Assembly: GCA_020025205.1 (NCBI GenBank)
Contig: JAHHSO010000003.1
Coordinates: 67,728-91,727 of the forward strand
Source of the DNA: Christensenellaceae bacterium
Lineage (GTDB): Bacteria; Bacillota; Clostridia; Christensenellales; Aristaeellaceae
Length of the DNA: 24,000 nucleotides
Direction of reading: 5' to 3'
Both the position numbers and the translations under genes were made by a program. The notes under the pieces were generated by a model. It had not been told where the DNA came from and did no database searches. It was given only the letters and a program-made list of their open reading frames with translations. Positions 1-8,928 of the stretch are shown in pieces (positions within the stretch are counted from its first letter, which is position 1; each line of letters starts with the position of its first letter).

Positions 1-459
1 GGCACGCTCATGGAGATCCAGTTCATCCAGAAGCCAGCTTAGCTTGCTGCCGGAAAAATACGCATCCGGCACAAGACCTGTTGTCGCCTTGATATGCTTC
101 TCCAACCCCTCTTCCCGAAGCCGTGCAATGATCGGCGCTGTGCGGCGGCACTGCCAGACAATCGCATTATACAGCGGCCTGCCCGTCTTTCTGTCCCACA
201 GAAGCGTTGTCTCGCGCTGATTGGTGATGCCAATTGCAGCAATTGCCTCCAGCGGAATGCCGCTGATGCGCACCACTTCACGCAGTGCATCAATCTGTGT
301 ATTCAAAATCGCCGCCGGATCATGCTCAACCCAGCCCGGCTGAGGATAAATCTGCTCAAACTCGTAGCTTTTCATGGCAACAACGCGCGCTTTTTCATCG
401 AAAATGACAGCGCGTGAGCTGGTCGTTCCCTGATCCAGTGCAATGATATACGTATGCAC
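1..459 (-). CDS. glpK: Glycerol kinase, N-terminal 153 codons (rest lies beyond the window start)
   Basis: Absent from the ORF track because it has a GTG start and runs off the edge. My translation from 459 downward: (M)[51 protein letters not shown]...[33 protein letters not shown]. This carries FGGY/GlpK N-terminal signatures ([23 protein letters not shown]). GGAGG lies 7 nt upstream of the GTG. Confidence 0.9.
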   Translation of the reverse strand, partial: MHTYIIALDQGTTSSRAVIFDEKARVVAMKSYEFEQIYPQPGWVEHDPAAILNTQIDALREVVRISGIPLEAIAAIGITNQRETTLLWDRKTGRPLYNAIVWQCRRTAPIIARLREEGLEKHIKATTGLVPDAYFSGSKLSWLLDELDLHERA

Positions 460-480
460 AGCTTTTCCTCCCTCTTATCC

Positions 481-512
481 GAGAAAACGCGCCGCCGGAA
501 CTCCGACAGCGC
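481..512 (-). terminator. Rho-independent terminator-like hairpin after the PQQ-propeller gene, 22 nt upstream of the glpK start
   Basis: The - strand reads GCGCUGUCGG-AGUU-CCGGCGGCGC (10 bp including two G.U pairs) followed by GUUUUCUC. Confidence 0.6.
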
Positions 513-522
513 GACAAGTATT

Positions 523-2781
523 TTATTTCAGTTCCACGAAGTAAAGCAGACCGCCGGTCGTGCCAACGACAATCTGATTGCCGTATGCAGCCGGAGAAGC
601 CTTGATCGGGCTTCCCAAATTCACAGTGCTGATCGTAACACCAGAGAAACCGTCCATCAAGCGAAGGGTTCCATTGTCATCACCCATAACGATGTAACTC
701 TTTCCGTCCGTCTGATACAGACCAATCGGGGACGATACGGATTCTACGTCAAGCGGCTGGTTCCATACCTCTGCGCCCGTCTTCTTATCCAAGGCGAACA
801 CAACAGCGCTGAGGTTGTTCTTGTCCAGCTCAAGACGGTTGACGTTGAAAACCACCAGATCGCTGATCTCGCCTTCGCCAATCAACGCAGAAGCCATCAG
901 GCCAGCATACATGCCTTCCTGGGCGGATTTGCTGGAATATTTTCCCTTCATTTCGGTCTGATATTCCCAGCGGATTTCGCCCGTGAGCGCATCCATCTTG
1001 ACAAGACGCACCTGATTGCTGCGCTCATTCTTGGCGATTGCAGTGCCCGTATACAGGCTGACGCTGCCATCTGCTTCGCACTCAATGGATGGCGTAGCAA
1101 TGACGCTGTCCCCCAGATCGACTGCCCAAACTGTCTTGAGCGTCGTCATGTCAACGCACTGAACCATACCCGCCATATCTCCAAAGTACGCATAATCGCC
1201 ATACGCTGCCGGGCTGCCAACAATTCCAGGCTTTCCGTTGCGGATATTGGTTTCATACGCATAGGCAGCCGCCTTTGGATCAATGGAAATCTCCGCGTTT
1301 TCCAGATCAAACTGGGTATTCATGTCTACCGTATAGAGCATTCCGTTCTGAGAAGTATACACGAGGGTATCAGAATCGGACTCTACCAGTGCCGAAGAAG
1401 TAATCTGGCTGTTTTTAGACTGTGCTTCCAGCTCCTTGCTGGTTTTAAATCCGATGAGCTTCTGATTAATCAAATTGTAGATACGCATGCCAATGACGCC
1501 TTCATAATCGGCAGCTTCGTCTCCTGTCTGACCAACATACAGAAGCGGATAGCCATATGGATTGACACTTGCAGTCACATCCATCGGCAGACCAATGTCA
1601 ATTGGCGGACGAGAAGGCGCCTGCGTATCCAAATCGTAGAAGTAAATTTTGCCGTCAGCAGAAGGAGCGATGACTTCCTTCATGGCTTTCGTATCGCGGG
1701 ACTCCGGATTGATGTTCATCATCTCGCGAATATTCTTATACCACTTCACAATCAGCGGCTGGCTGCCGTAACCGAAACCAGTATACTGATTATCCAGCTT
1801 CGTTGTACGGACTCCGCGAACCACGCTGAGGGTTTCATCCTGCACCTCAACCGTGCCATATGCCGCATTCTGACGCAGCGGACCGCCTCTGAATGTCAGA
1901 ACACCGCCCTGATCAGTATACTTTTCCGGATCACCCATGGAAACCTTTTCGCTTCCCGTCCATTCCGTCTTCTCGCCATCTGCAAGAACGTAACTGCCAG
2001 TAATCAGCGTTTCCGGCAAAGTTTCTTCAACTGCCGCGGCGCGTTCTGCGCGATAAGGAACCGGGGTCGGGCTGGGTGTCGGGGTTGGTACCGGCGTTGG
2101 GCTCGGAGTAGGCGTAGGAACCGGCGTTGGGCTTGGAGTCGGCGTGGGCACCGGCGTCGGACTCGGAGTCGGGCTTGGAGTCGGCGTGGGCACCGGACTC
2201 GGAGTCGGCACTTGTGTCGGCGTAGGCGTCGGCTTAGGTGTCGCTGTCGGAGACGGTGTCGGCACCGGCGTCGGCACATCTGTTGGTTTGGGCGTTGGGG
2301 TCGGCACCGGCGTTGGAACCAGAGTCGCTGTGGGCTCCGGCGTCGGTACAGCCGTTGGTGCAGCCGTCGGCGTTACAGTCGGAGCAGGCGTTGAAATTAT
2401 GCCAATCTGCCTGAAGAGTTCCTCACGCTCCTGCGGAAAAACTACCCAGCCCAAGACCAGAAGGATGATGATGAGAACAAGCACCGAAATGAGAACAGTC
2501 AGGCCGCCGCTGCCGCCTTTTTTGCGTTTTTTTCTGATCTGAGGCATTTCATCCTCGTCATCATTAAACTCGTCTTTCCAAAGCGTTTCCTCTTCAAATT
2601 CGGGAACAGCCTTTCTGACCTCGCTGTGCGGCGGTTCAGGATGAACCGGAGAAGCAGGCTGATTAAAATTCTCTGTTTGCTGAGATTGCTCGAACGCCTC
2701 AAAAGCCTTTTGTTGTGCCTCTGCACGTCTGCGCCTTTTAGGCATCGGCTCACCGTTTTTCTGTTCGTCCAAAGTGTACAC
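523..2781 (-). CDS. Single-pass membrane protein with a charged cytoplasmic N-terminus, a TM helix, a ~113 aa Pro/Thr-rich linker and an extracellular PQQ-like (BamB-type) beta-propeller
   Basis: 752 aa ORF. TM helix [24 protein letters not shown] linker at aa 130-242. The C-terminal ~500 aa carries repeated hydrophobic-G-(S/T/D)xDGxhY(a/v)hD units typical of PQQ-like propeller blades. The start is uncertain: GTG at 2781 abuts GAGGTG, while the in-frame TTG at 2772 has 6 nt spacing. Confidence 0.85.
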   Translation of the reverse strand: MYTLDEQKNGEPMPKRRRRAEAQQKAFEAFEQSQQTENFNQPASPVHPEPPHSEVRKAVPEFEEETLWKDEFNDDEDEMPQIRKKRKKGGSGGLTVLISVLVLIIILLVLGWVVFPQEREELFRQIGIISTPAPTVTPTAAPTAVPTPEPTATLVPTPVPTPTPKPTDVPTPVPTPSPTATPKPTPTPTQVPTPSPVPTPTPSPTPSPTPVPTPTPSPTPVPTPTPSPTPVPTPTPSPTPVPYRAERAAAVEETLPETLITGSYVLADGEKTEWTGSEKVSMGDPEKYTDQGGVLTFRGGPLRQNAAYGTVEVQDETLSVVRGVRTTKLDNQYTGFGYGSQPLIVKWYKNIREMMNINPESRDTKAMKEVIAPSADGKIYFYDLDTQAPSRPPIDIGLPMDVTASVNPYGYPLLYVGQTGDEAADYEGVIGMRIYNLINQKLIGFKTSKELEAQSKNSQITSSALVESDSDTLVYTSQNGMLYTVDMNTQFDLENAEISIDPKAAAYAYETNIRNGKPGIVGSPAAYGDYAYFGDMAGMVQCVDMTTLKTVWAVDLGDSVIATPSIECEADGSVSLYTGTAIAKNERSNQVRLVKMDALTGEIRWEYQTEMKGKYSSKSAQEGMYAGLMASALIGEGEISDLVVFNVNRLELDKNNLSAVVFALDKKTGAEVWNQPLDVESVSSPIGLYQTDGKSYIVMGDDNGTLRLMDGFSGVTISTVNLGSPIKASPAAYGNQIVVGTTGGLLYFVELK
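2056..2394 (-). repeat. Pro/Thr(Ser/Val) low-complexity linker with tandem decapeptide repeats ([10 protein letters not shown] x3-4)
   Basis: The 30-nt units at 2060-2089, 2090-2119 and 2120-2149 encode the identical peptide [10 protein letters not shown] and differ mainly at codon third positions. The adjacent 2150-2179 unit is a near-copy. This tract also creates the spurious Arg-rich and Gly/Val-rich + strand ORFs. Confidence 0.9.
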
Positions 2782-2811
2782 CTCATTTCAGGGAGTCTGT
2801 GATTTGTGTTC

Positions 2812-2840
2812 ATTATACATGATTTTTTATCTTTTCTCAA
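2812..2840 (-). promoter_or_regulatory. Sigma-A-type promoter for the PQQ-propeller gene
   Basis: The - strand reads TTGAGA (2840-2835), a 17 nt spacer, then TATAAT (2817-2812), about 30 nt upstream of the start codon. Confidence 0.6.
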
Positions 2841-2942
2841 TCCCAATTTCTCAAAAAGCTGGAACAGAAGTCTTTTTTTCCCTGCCAAAGTTTGCGAATC
2901 AGCATAGAATGGGAATAGAAGATCCGAAAGGAGCGACCCTTC

Positions 2943-3248
2943 ATGCTCGAATCCATTTCTCCCTATATGCTTTTAAAGCTCAGCAAACCGAAAGAGCCTG
3001 ACGTCATCGTCACTGAATACGACCGTTACAGCGCGATGCAGAACGCTTCAAATGTTTCCTCCCCAACTTTTCAGCCTCCCGCCGTCTCTGAACCAGAAGA
3101 ACCCGCCAAAGTCCCGGAGTCTCCCATGCCGCCCTTCTATCCGCCTCTCAAACGCACACATTATATCAAGGATATTGGCGCTCGCCATGAAACAGCGTTA
3201 AAGAGCGGTGTCCGATTTATTCAGCCCAGCCAGCGCCCTGATACATAA
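2943..3248 (+). CDS. Hypothetical small Pro-rich protein (101 aa)
   Basis: AAAGGAG lies 9 nt upstream of the ATG. I recognise no family. Its 3' end overlaps the convergent ORF 3221-3697 by 28 nt. Confidence 0.3.
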   Translation: MLESISPYMLLKLSKPKEPDVIVTEYDRYSAMQNASNVSSPTFQPPAVSEPEEPAKVPESPMPPFYPPLKRTHYIKDIGARHETALKSGVRFIQPSQRPDT

Positions 3249-3697
3249 CGCGCCGCAGGCATGCAGGGCGGCGGCGGCCACCTGCGCTCCGGCCATCCAC
3301 GTTCTTCCGTCTGCCTTTTTTTCTCTTCTGCCCGGTATATCGTCTTTTCTTGCTCCTGATTTTTTGTTTTGCCCGCCGGCCGCTCCGTCGGGCATTCTCT
3401 TTTTTCCATCTCAAAAGCTCTTTTTGCCGCTTCATCTGTATACAGACGAAGCACGCCGTTTTCCGTTACATATGCAGCGGCAATCTTTGTTCCGTCATCC
3501 GGATGTTCATTTTCTTCTGCCGTCCACGCACCTTCCCACACGGTCTTCCTGTTGTCGGCCCGAATAATCGTCATTCTTGCTTTATCCATTGCTCCCCCCT
3601 TAAATCGCACTACCCCCTGCCCCTGAATGAGATAGCCTTCCGGCTTCCCTGTAGCGCCTTTTAATACAAAACTCCTGCCCACGATAAACACCTCCAT
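3221..3697 (-). CDS. Hypothetical protein with a K/E/R-rich low-complexity C-terminal tail
   Basis: 158 aa ORF. The first ~100 aa look globular (GYLIQGQGVVRFKGG, VLRLYTDEAAKRAF). GTG at 3682 is the more likely start because the ATG at 3697 lies inside GGAGGTG, which is 6 nt from that GTG. I recognise no family. Confidence 0.5.
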   Translation of the reverse strand: MEVFIVGRSFVLKGATGKPEGYLIQGQGVVRFKGGAMDKARMTIIRADNRKTVWEGAWTAEENEHPDDGTKIAAAYVTENGVLRLYTDEAAKRAFEMEKRECPTERPAGKTKNQEQEKTIYRAEEKKRQTEERGWPERRWPPPPCMPAARYVSGRWLG

Positions 3698-3720
3698 AAA
3701 AAACTATGCCGAATTGCCGC

Positions 3721-3749
3721 TTGCCTTGTCAGGAATTTGGCTGTATAAT
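3721..3749 (+). promoter_or_regulatory. Sigma-A-type promoter for the SH3b/VanW gene
   Basis: TTGCCT (3721-3726), a 17 nt spacer, then TATAAT (3744-3749). GGAGG lies 7 nt before the GTG at 3785. Confidence 0.6.
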
Positions 3750-3784
3750 GAATCAATGATTTATGCCTAGGTGGAGGTCATCCT

Positions 3785-4852
3785 GTGCAATATAAGATTC
3801 CAATGTTATTTCTCTGTTTGCTTCTTTTCTTCTCTGCCGCCTTCGCAGACGAAGGAACCACGGTCTGTTTTGAAGATTTCATGGCGAATGCTGAAAATGG
3901 CGTCCCCATGATTCGCTACACTGGCCGAACTAAAATCTCCATGAACATGCGCAGCGCCGCTGACAAGGAAAGTGAATCACTGGGGATTTTAAAAGAAGGC
4001 GACACCGTAAAGATTTTCGGTTTCGATCAGGTCTGGCTGTTTTGCTGGGATGAGACCGTCGGTATTTATTACATCGGTCGGCATAATGTAGATGATATTC
4101 AGCCGGTTTCTCCTGATATTCCTCCTTACGGAGTCATTCCAAACCGCTTTGTGGCTTCTACTGCCGTTGAAACCCCTCTCCTTTCCGCACCAGACACCAA
4201 CGCGGAAATATTGGCTTCTTACCCCGCTGATACGCGCATAAGTTTCTGGCATATCGTCGATGGATGGGCTGTCGTTCCATACAAACGGGTGGTCGGTTAC
4301 ATGTACATGGGGGACATGAAAGACTTGACGCCGGTTTCTCCCAGTGTGGAATATGCACAGGCCGGCGACATTCTGTCTGCCTTCACCACTTTCTATTCTA
4401 TCAAACAGACGGAATTGAACATTGGACGTATGGAAAATCTTCGCGTTGGCTCCGACTATATCAGCAAAGTTTATCAGCCAGGCGAATCCTTTTCCTTCAA
4501 CCAGGTTGCAGGCCCTTATCGCAAGAGCCGCGGCTATATGGATTCCCCTGTTCTGATCAACGGCGAATCTGTCGCCGGTTCCGGCGGCGGCACTTGCCAA
4601 GTTTCTACAACATTGTACAACGCTCTTTTGCAGCTGCCAGACGGGATCACCATTCTCTATCGCCATGCACACGGTCCGAGCGGAGCAGCTTATGCGCCTC
4701 ATGGCGTTGATGCAGCGGTAGGCCGTGATTTAGGCGGCGGCAACAGCATTGAATTGGATCTCCGTTTCAGAAATGACTACGATTTTCCCATCGCTCTGGA
4801 CTGCTCTGTGCAAAACGGAGCGTTGTGCATCTGCATTCGCAAAGCAGGATAA
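3785..4852 (+). CDS. Secreted VanW-domain protein with N-terminal SH3b-like domains
   Basis: Signal peptide MQYKIPMLFLCLLLFFSAAFA-DEG. Two SH3b-like segments (GILKEGDTVKIFG..., DGWAVVPYKRVVGYMYMGD). The C-terminal VanW core carries GGGTCQVSTTLYNA. Confidence 0.85.
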   Translation: MQYKIPMLFLCLLLFFSAAFADEGTTVCFEDFMANAENGVPMIRYTGRTKISMNMRSAADKESESLGILKEGDTVKIFGFDQVWLFCWDETVGIYYIGRHNVDDIQPVSPDIPPYGVIPNRFVASTAVETPLLSAPDTNAEILASYPADTRISFWHIVDGWAVVPYKRVVGYMYMGDMKDLTPVSPSVEYAQAGDILSAFTTFYSIKQTELNIGRMENLRVGSDYISKVYQPGESFSFNQVAGPYRKSRGYMDSPVLINGESVAGSGGGTCQVSTTLYNALLQLPDGITILYRHAHGPSGAAYAPHGVDAAVGRDLGGGNSIELDLRFRNDYDFPIALDCSVQNGALCICIRKAG

Positions 4853-4877
4853 TTCAACATAAAAACGCATCAAATAA

Positions 4878-4921
4878 ATTCCAGCAGGAAGTCAAGGTGT
4901 GTCCTTGGTTCCTGCTGGAAT
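4878..4921. terminator. Bidirectional intrinsic terminator between the convergent VanW gene and recN
   Basis: ATTCCAGCAGGAA (4878-4890) pairs with TTCCTGCTGGAAT (4909-4921), with an inner CAAGG/CCTTG stem. An A-run lies on the 5' side and a T-run on the 3' side, so it can act for both strands. Confidence 0.8.
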
Positions 4922-4975
4922 TTTAACTTTATGCATTTGGAATTTTTGAGAAGGAGACTTTTCGTACAACCCTTT

Positions 4976-6739
4976 TTATCCTTTATAACCGGCACTATGC
5001 TCTCGATTGGCTTCTCGAAGTACAGTTTTTCGCTTTCGCGCCTGTTCCAGCATATTGTGGGCATGGCTGACGCTGCTTTCACTCTCGCACCCAGCGCCTC
5101 CCACCATTCTTGCAATTTCCAGCGCACGCTGGTCATCGTCCAAATGCATGACCATGGTTCTTGTTGTACCATTTTCATCGTATTTGCGCACAAGAAACTG
5201 CTCGTCTGCCATGGCGGCAATCTGCGGCAGATGCGTCACACAAATGACCTGATGATGGTCACCAATTTGCGTCATCTTTTCAGCGACCACCTGTGCCATG
5301 TGACCGCTGATGCCTGTGTCAATTTCATCGAAAACCATGCTGCGCGGAATCCCCGGTTTCTGTGCCGAAAGATTTTTAAGAGCCAGCATGATACGGGATA
5401 ATTCACCACCAGATGCAACGCGCGCCAATGGTTTAAGCGGCTGCCCCAAATTCGCACAAAACATCATCTCAATCCGATCAACACCCTGTGCGCTAAATCG
5501 ATCCAACAGCTTTTCCCCTTCTTTCAGAGGTTCAAAAGCAACGGATAAGCGTGCATTTTTCATCCCAAGATCTCGAAGCTGACCTTCCATGCTTTTTTCA
5601 AATCGCCTGGCTGCTTCTTCGCGCTTTCTGGTTAAGCAAATCGAAATTTCTTCCAGTTCATGCGTGAGATTCCGATATTCCTTTTCAAGGCGTTCCGCCG
5701 CCTCATCTGAACATTCCAATTCGTCCAGCTCAGATTCAATCTTATTGCGATAACAGATCATGTCCTGCGTTGTCGCGCCATATTTTCGGTTTAAACGTTT
5801 TAGAAGATCCAGCCGGCTTTCAACTCGCTCCGCTTCTTCTTCGTCATATTCCATTTCTCCGCGAAGATCACACAAATCTCGTGCCGCGTCTTCCACTTCG
5901 TAACAAAGACCATCCAAGCGTTCATAAAGCGTTTCATAGCGAGAATCCAACGAAGCCACCGGCATCAGCGCATTGACACCTTCGCGGAGCAGTTCGACTG
6001 CTGACGAGCCTCCGTCAACGCCATTGTTCAACAGCGCGCAGGACTCATCAAACGCCGAAATAATCTTTCCTGAATTGCGGAAAAATACCTTCTGCCTTTC
6101 CAGCTCTTCCTCTTCGCCTTCTATCAAATGTGCATTTTGAAGCTCTTCCAGCTGAAAACGAAGCATGTCAATGCGCTGTTCTCTTTCCGCGACATTGCGG
6201 CGAAGACGCGAAAGCTTCTGCGAACAGTTGCGCCACTTGGCATATGCCTTTTCATTTTCTGCCAGCAGCGGGCCAATTTCATCTGCCGCATATTCATCCA
6301 GATATGCAATATGGTTCCTGCTGTCCAGAAGAAGCTGATGTTCATGCTGGCCATGTATATCCAGAAGCTGGGCTGAAACATGCCGGAGCGTTTGAAGCGG
6401 CACAACATTCCCGTTTACACGGCAGATATTGCGGCCGGAACTGGTCAGCTCACGGGAAATAGAGACGGTATCCTCATCGTTCATCATTTCAAGCTCTTCA
6501 AGAACCGCCTGCACTTTCTCATTTCCAGCGATATCAAAAACAGCTTCCACGCGTGCCTTCGCCTCGCCATTTGCAATCAGGTCTCTGTCTGCGCGCTCTC
6601 CAAGCACCAGATTAACCGCATCCACAACGATGGACTTTCCCGCTCCGGTTTCGCCTGTCATCACATTCATGCCCGGTGCAAAATCTATCGTCATTTCATC
6701 AATCAACGCCAGATGATGAATGCTGAGCTGCAAAAGCAT
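4976..6739 (-). CDS. recN: DNA repair protein RecN
   Basis: 587 aa. N-terminal Walker A (MTGETGAGKSIVVDA), a long coiled-coil middle region, and a C-terminal SMC signature and Walker B (SGGELSRIMLALK, MVFDEIDTGISG). Confidence 0.95.
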   Translation of the reverse strand: MLLQLSIHHLALIDEMTIDFAPGMNVMTGETGAGKSIVVDAVNLVLGERADRDLIANGEAKARVEAVFDIAGNEKVQAVLEELEMMNDEDTVSISRELTSSGRNICRVNGNVVPLQTLRHVSAQLLDIHGQHEHQLLLDSRNHIAYLDEYAADEIGPLLAENEKAYAKWRNCSQKLSRLRRNVAEREQRIDMLRFQLEELQNAHLIEGEEEELERQKVFFRNSGKIISAFDESCALLNNGVDGGSSAVELLREGVNALMPVASLDSRYETLYERLDGLCYEVEDAARDLCDLRGEMEYDEEEAERVESRLDLLKRLNRKYGATTQDMICYRNKIESELDELECSDEAAERLEKEYRNLTHELEEISICLTRKREEAARRFEKSMEGQLRDLGMKNARLSVAFEPLKEGEKLLDRFSAQGVDRIEMMFCANLGQPLKPLARVASGGELSRIMLALKNLSAQKPGIPRSMVFDEIDTGISGHMAQVVAEKMTQIGDHHQVICVTHLPQIAAMADEQFLVRKYDENGTTRTMVMHLDDDQRALEIARMVGGAGCESESSVSHAHNMLEQARKRKTVLREANREHSAGYKG

Positions 6740-6754
6740 AGCGCCCCTCCTGAA

Positions 6755-7204
6755 TTACCTGTTCAAATTGCGAAAACGGTGTACGACCGCTTCCGCTTCC
6801 TCGGTGTCGTGTACAATAACAAGAATTGTATTGTCCCCTGCAATGGTGCCCAGCACCTCCGGCCAATGCAGGTTGTCCACAGCTTCTGCGGCCACATGCG
6901 CACTGCCTGCAATGGTGTGAACGACAACCAAGTTGTTGGAACTCATTGCCTCGACCACGGAATCTTCCAGCATCCGCTGAAGCCTGTCACCAACCTTCTG
7001 ATCGCCTCTGTCCATGGTGGCATAGCGATAGCTTCCATCTTCAGAAAGCACTTTAATCAGGTGCATTTCCCTGATATCGCGGGAAACGGTAGCCTGCGTG
7101 ACCACCATTCCGTGCTCACGCAGCGCTTCTGCCAGTTCTTCCTGTGTCTGTATATTCTGTTCTTCGACAATCTGGCGAATCAGCGCCTGACGTTTAGATT
7201 TCAT
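6755..7204 (-). CDS. argR: Arginine repressor ArgR/AhrC
   Basis: 149 aa. Winged-helix N-terminus (RQALIRQIVEEQNIQTQEELAEALREHGMVVTQATVSRDI) and a C-terminal oligomerisation domain (GTIAGDNTILVI). Confidence 0.93.
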   Translation of the reverse strand: MKSKRQALIRQIVEEQNIQTQEELAEALREHGMVVTQATVSRDIREMHLIKVLSEDGSYRYATMDRGDQKVGDRLQRMLEDSVVEAMSSNNLVVVHTIAGSAHVAAEAVDNLHWPEVLGTIAGDNTILVIVHDTEEAEAVVHRFRNLNR

Positions 7205-7222
7205 GGCTCATTCCTCCTTGTA

Positions 7223-8101
7223 TCACAAACTCCACTGGGATAACTTGTCCTTGAGCAGAGAAAAGAAATTCCGCTCTTTGGGAAAACGAATCAGCAATGC
7301 ATCATGGCCGGAGCGCCTGATGCTGACCTGTTCTTGGTTGAGCATCTGACAGACCGCCTGCCCGTCAATTGAAAGCTGAATGCCTTCACGCATTTCTTTC
7401 ATATTTAAACGCAAAACAACGCGCTCTCCCGCAGAAAGGACGATTGGTCTGGACTGCAATGAATGCGGACAGATCGGAGTAAGCACAAAACACGGCACAT
7501 CCGGACTGACTATTGGGCCGCCTGCCGAAAGCGAATAGGCCGTGGAACCCGTCGGGCTTGCGATAACCACACCATCGGCAATATAATGATCAACCAGCGT
7601 ATCGCCGACAAAGACATCCATCGCTATCATTCTTTGACAAAGGCCGCGGGATATGCTGACTTCATTGGTTGCAAACGTACTAACCGCATGTCCATCTAAA
7701 TCCGCTTCAACACAGAGCATCATGCGACGTTCAATTTCATACTCTCCCCGCACAAGCGCATCCAGCGCCTGTGCCAGTTCATCAACCTGTGTTTCCAGAA
7801 GAAACCCCAGCCGTCCCATGTTGATCCCCAATATCGGAATGTCACATTTCACATATAAATCCAGTGCACGAAGCATGGTTCCGTCGCCGCCAAACACAAA
7901 GAGCATATCCATCTTTTCCTGATCTGGCGCATTCAGAAAAACGGCATCCTTCGGAAATTCCGAAATGTGTTCGTATAAATCTGCGCGGTCATCTTCAAAA
8001 AAGACCGGTTCCATACCGTGCTTGCGACACATCGTCACACAAAGTGCCACTGTTTCATAAATCGACGGTTTATTTTTATTCAGGTAAAACATCGGCGTCA
8101 T
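7223..8101 (-). CDS. nadK: NAD+ kinase
   Basis: 292 aa with the GGDGTML motif (FVFGGDGTMLRAL) and ASPTGSTAYSLSAGGPI. Confidence 0.93.
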   Translation of the reverse strand: MTPMFYLNKNKPSIYETVALCVTMCRKHGMEPVFFEDDRADLYEHISEFPKDAVFLNAPDQEKMDMLFVFGGDGTMLRALDLYVKCDIPILGINMGRLGFLLETQVDELAQALDALVRGEYEIERRMMLCVEADLDGHAVSTFATNEVSISRGLCQRMIAMDVFVGDTLVDHYIADGVVIASPTGSTAYSLSAGGPIVSPDVPCFVLTPICPHSLQSRPIVLSAGERVVLRLNMKEMREGIQLSIDGQAVCQMLNQEQVSIRRSGHDALLIRFPKERNFFSLLKDKLSQWSL

Positions 8102-8112
8102 GTGCCGTCACC

Positions 8113-8928
8113 TCATCGCTCCAGCTGTTCATGCGCCGCCTTGACGACAGCGTTCACATCGTCTTGCGTAACGCGGCGAACTGCTCTGTTTGCCGGCAGA
8201 ATGTGAACCAGAAACTCAATGTTTCCTTCCGGGCCTTTGATTGGCGAATATGACAGATCCTGCGCTATCCAGCCCATATCATTTTCAATAAAATGCAGAA
8301 TCTCAAGAATCACATCATGATGCACCTGTGCATCACGAACCACGCCCTTCTTGCCCACGCGCTCACGTCCCGCTTCAAACTGCGGTTTAATAAGCGAAAT
8401 GAACTCGCCGTCCTCGCCCATGATGGCCGCAGCCGCCGGCAAAATTTTCGTTATGGAAATAAACGATACATCCATTACGCCCAGCGTTGGCTTTCTGTCC
8501 AGATCTTCAGCTGTCAGATACCTTGCATTGACCCTTTCCATCACAGTAACACGCGGGTCATTGCGCAATTTCCAATCCAGCTGGCCATAGCCCACATCAA
8601 TGGAATAGACATGTTCCGCGCCATTCTGCAAAAGCACATCTGTAAACCCGCCGGTTGATGCGCCCAAATCCATGGCCACAACACCAGTCGGATCGACATG
8701 GAACACCTTGAGTCCTTTTTCCAGTTTCAAAGCACCGCGGCTGACATAGCCGGTTCCCGTCTGCCGGACAGACAGCTCGTCTTCGTCCTTCACCTGCATT
8801 GAAGCTTTGTCTACTTTATTCTCTCCAATATAGACCACTCCAGACATGACAAGTGCCTGTGCCTTTTCCCGGCTTGATGCCAACCCGCGCTCCACAAGCG
8901 CGACATCCACTCTCTTCTTATCGGGCAT
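8113..8928 (-). CDS. tlyA: TlyA-family rRNA 2'-O-methyltransferase (S4 domain plus FtsJ-like methyltransferase)
   Basis: 271 aa. S4-like N-terminus (RVDVALVERGLASSREKAQALVMSGVV), a SAM motif (DLGASTGGFTDVLLQNGA) and DVSFISI. Confidence 0.9.
   Translation of the reverse strand: MPDKKRVDVALVERGLASSREKAQALVMSGVVYIGENKVDKASMQVKDEDELSVRQTGTGYVSRGALKLEKGLKVFHVDPTGVVAMDLGASTGGFTDVLLQNGAEHVYSIDVGYGQLDWKLRNDPRVTVMERVNARYLTAEDLDRKPTLGVMDVSFISITKILPAAAAIMGEDGEFISLIKPQFEAGRERVGKKGVVRDAQVHHDVILEILHFIENDMGWIAQDLSYSPIKGPEGNIEFLVHILPANRAVRRVTQDDVNAVVKAAHEQLER

Noticed and set aside
454-2394. 646 aa + strand ORF with an extremely Arg/Cys/His-rich C-terminus
   Set aside because: It is fully antisense to the well-supported PQQ-propeller gene. 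It has no RBS and a nonsensical low-complexity composition created by the reverse complement of the Pro/Thr codon repeats.
2144-2542. 132 aa Gly/Val-rich + strand ORF, plus the 91 aa Arg-rich - strand ORF at 2004-2279
   Set aside because: Both are alternative-frame readings of the PT-repeat DNA. Stop-poor repetitive sequence keeps several frames open.
3250-3420. Stretch where most or all six reading frames are open
   Set aside because: It is a polypyrimidine (+ strand) / polypurine (- strand) tract with few A or T combinations that can form stops. This is a composition effect and not evidence for overlapping genes.
6380-7243. Long + strand ORFs antisense to recN/argR (287 aa), dxs (9590-10447, 285 aa), ispA (12361-13047), the TsaD-like gene (15780-16400), amaP (17577-18281), asp23 (18307-18948), spoIIIAE (20525-21283), spoIIIAB-AD (21222-22368) and thiI (23440-23967)
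   Set aside because: Each is a shadow ORF opposite a gene with clear family motifs. They are rich in R, H, C and Q, lack RBSs and show no recognisable domains.
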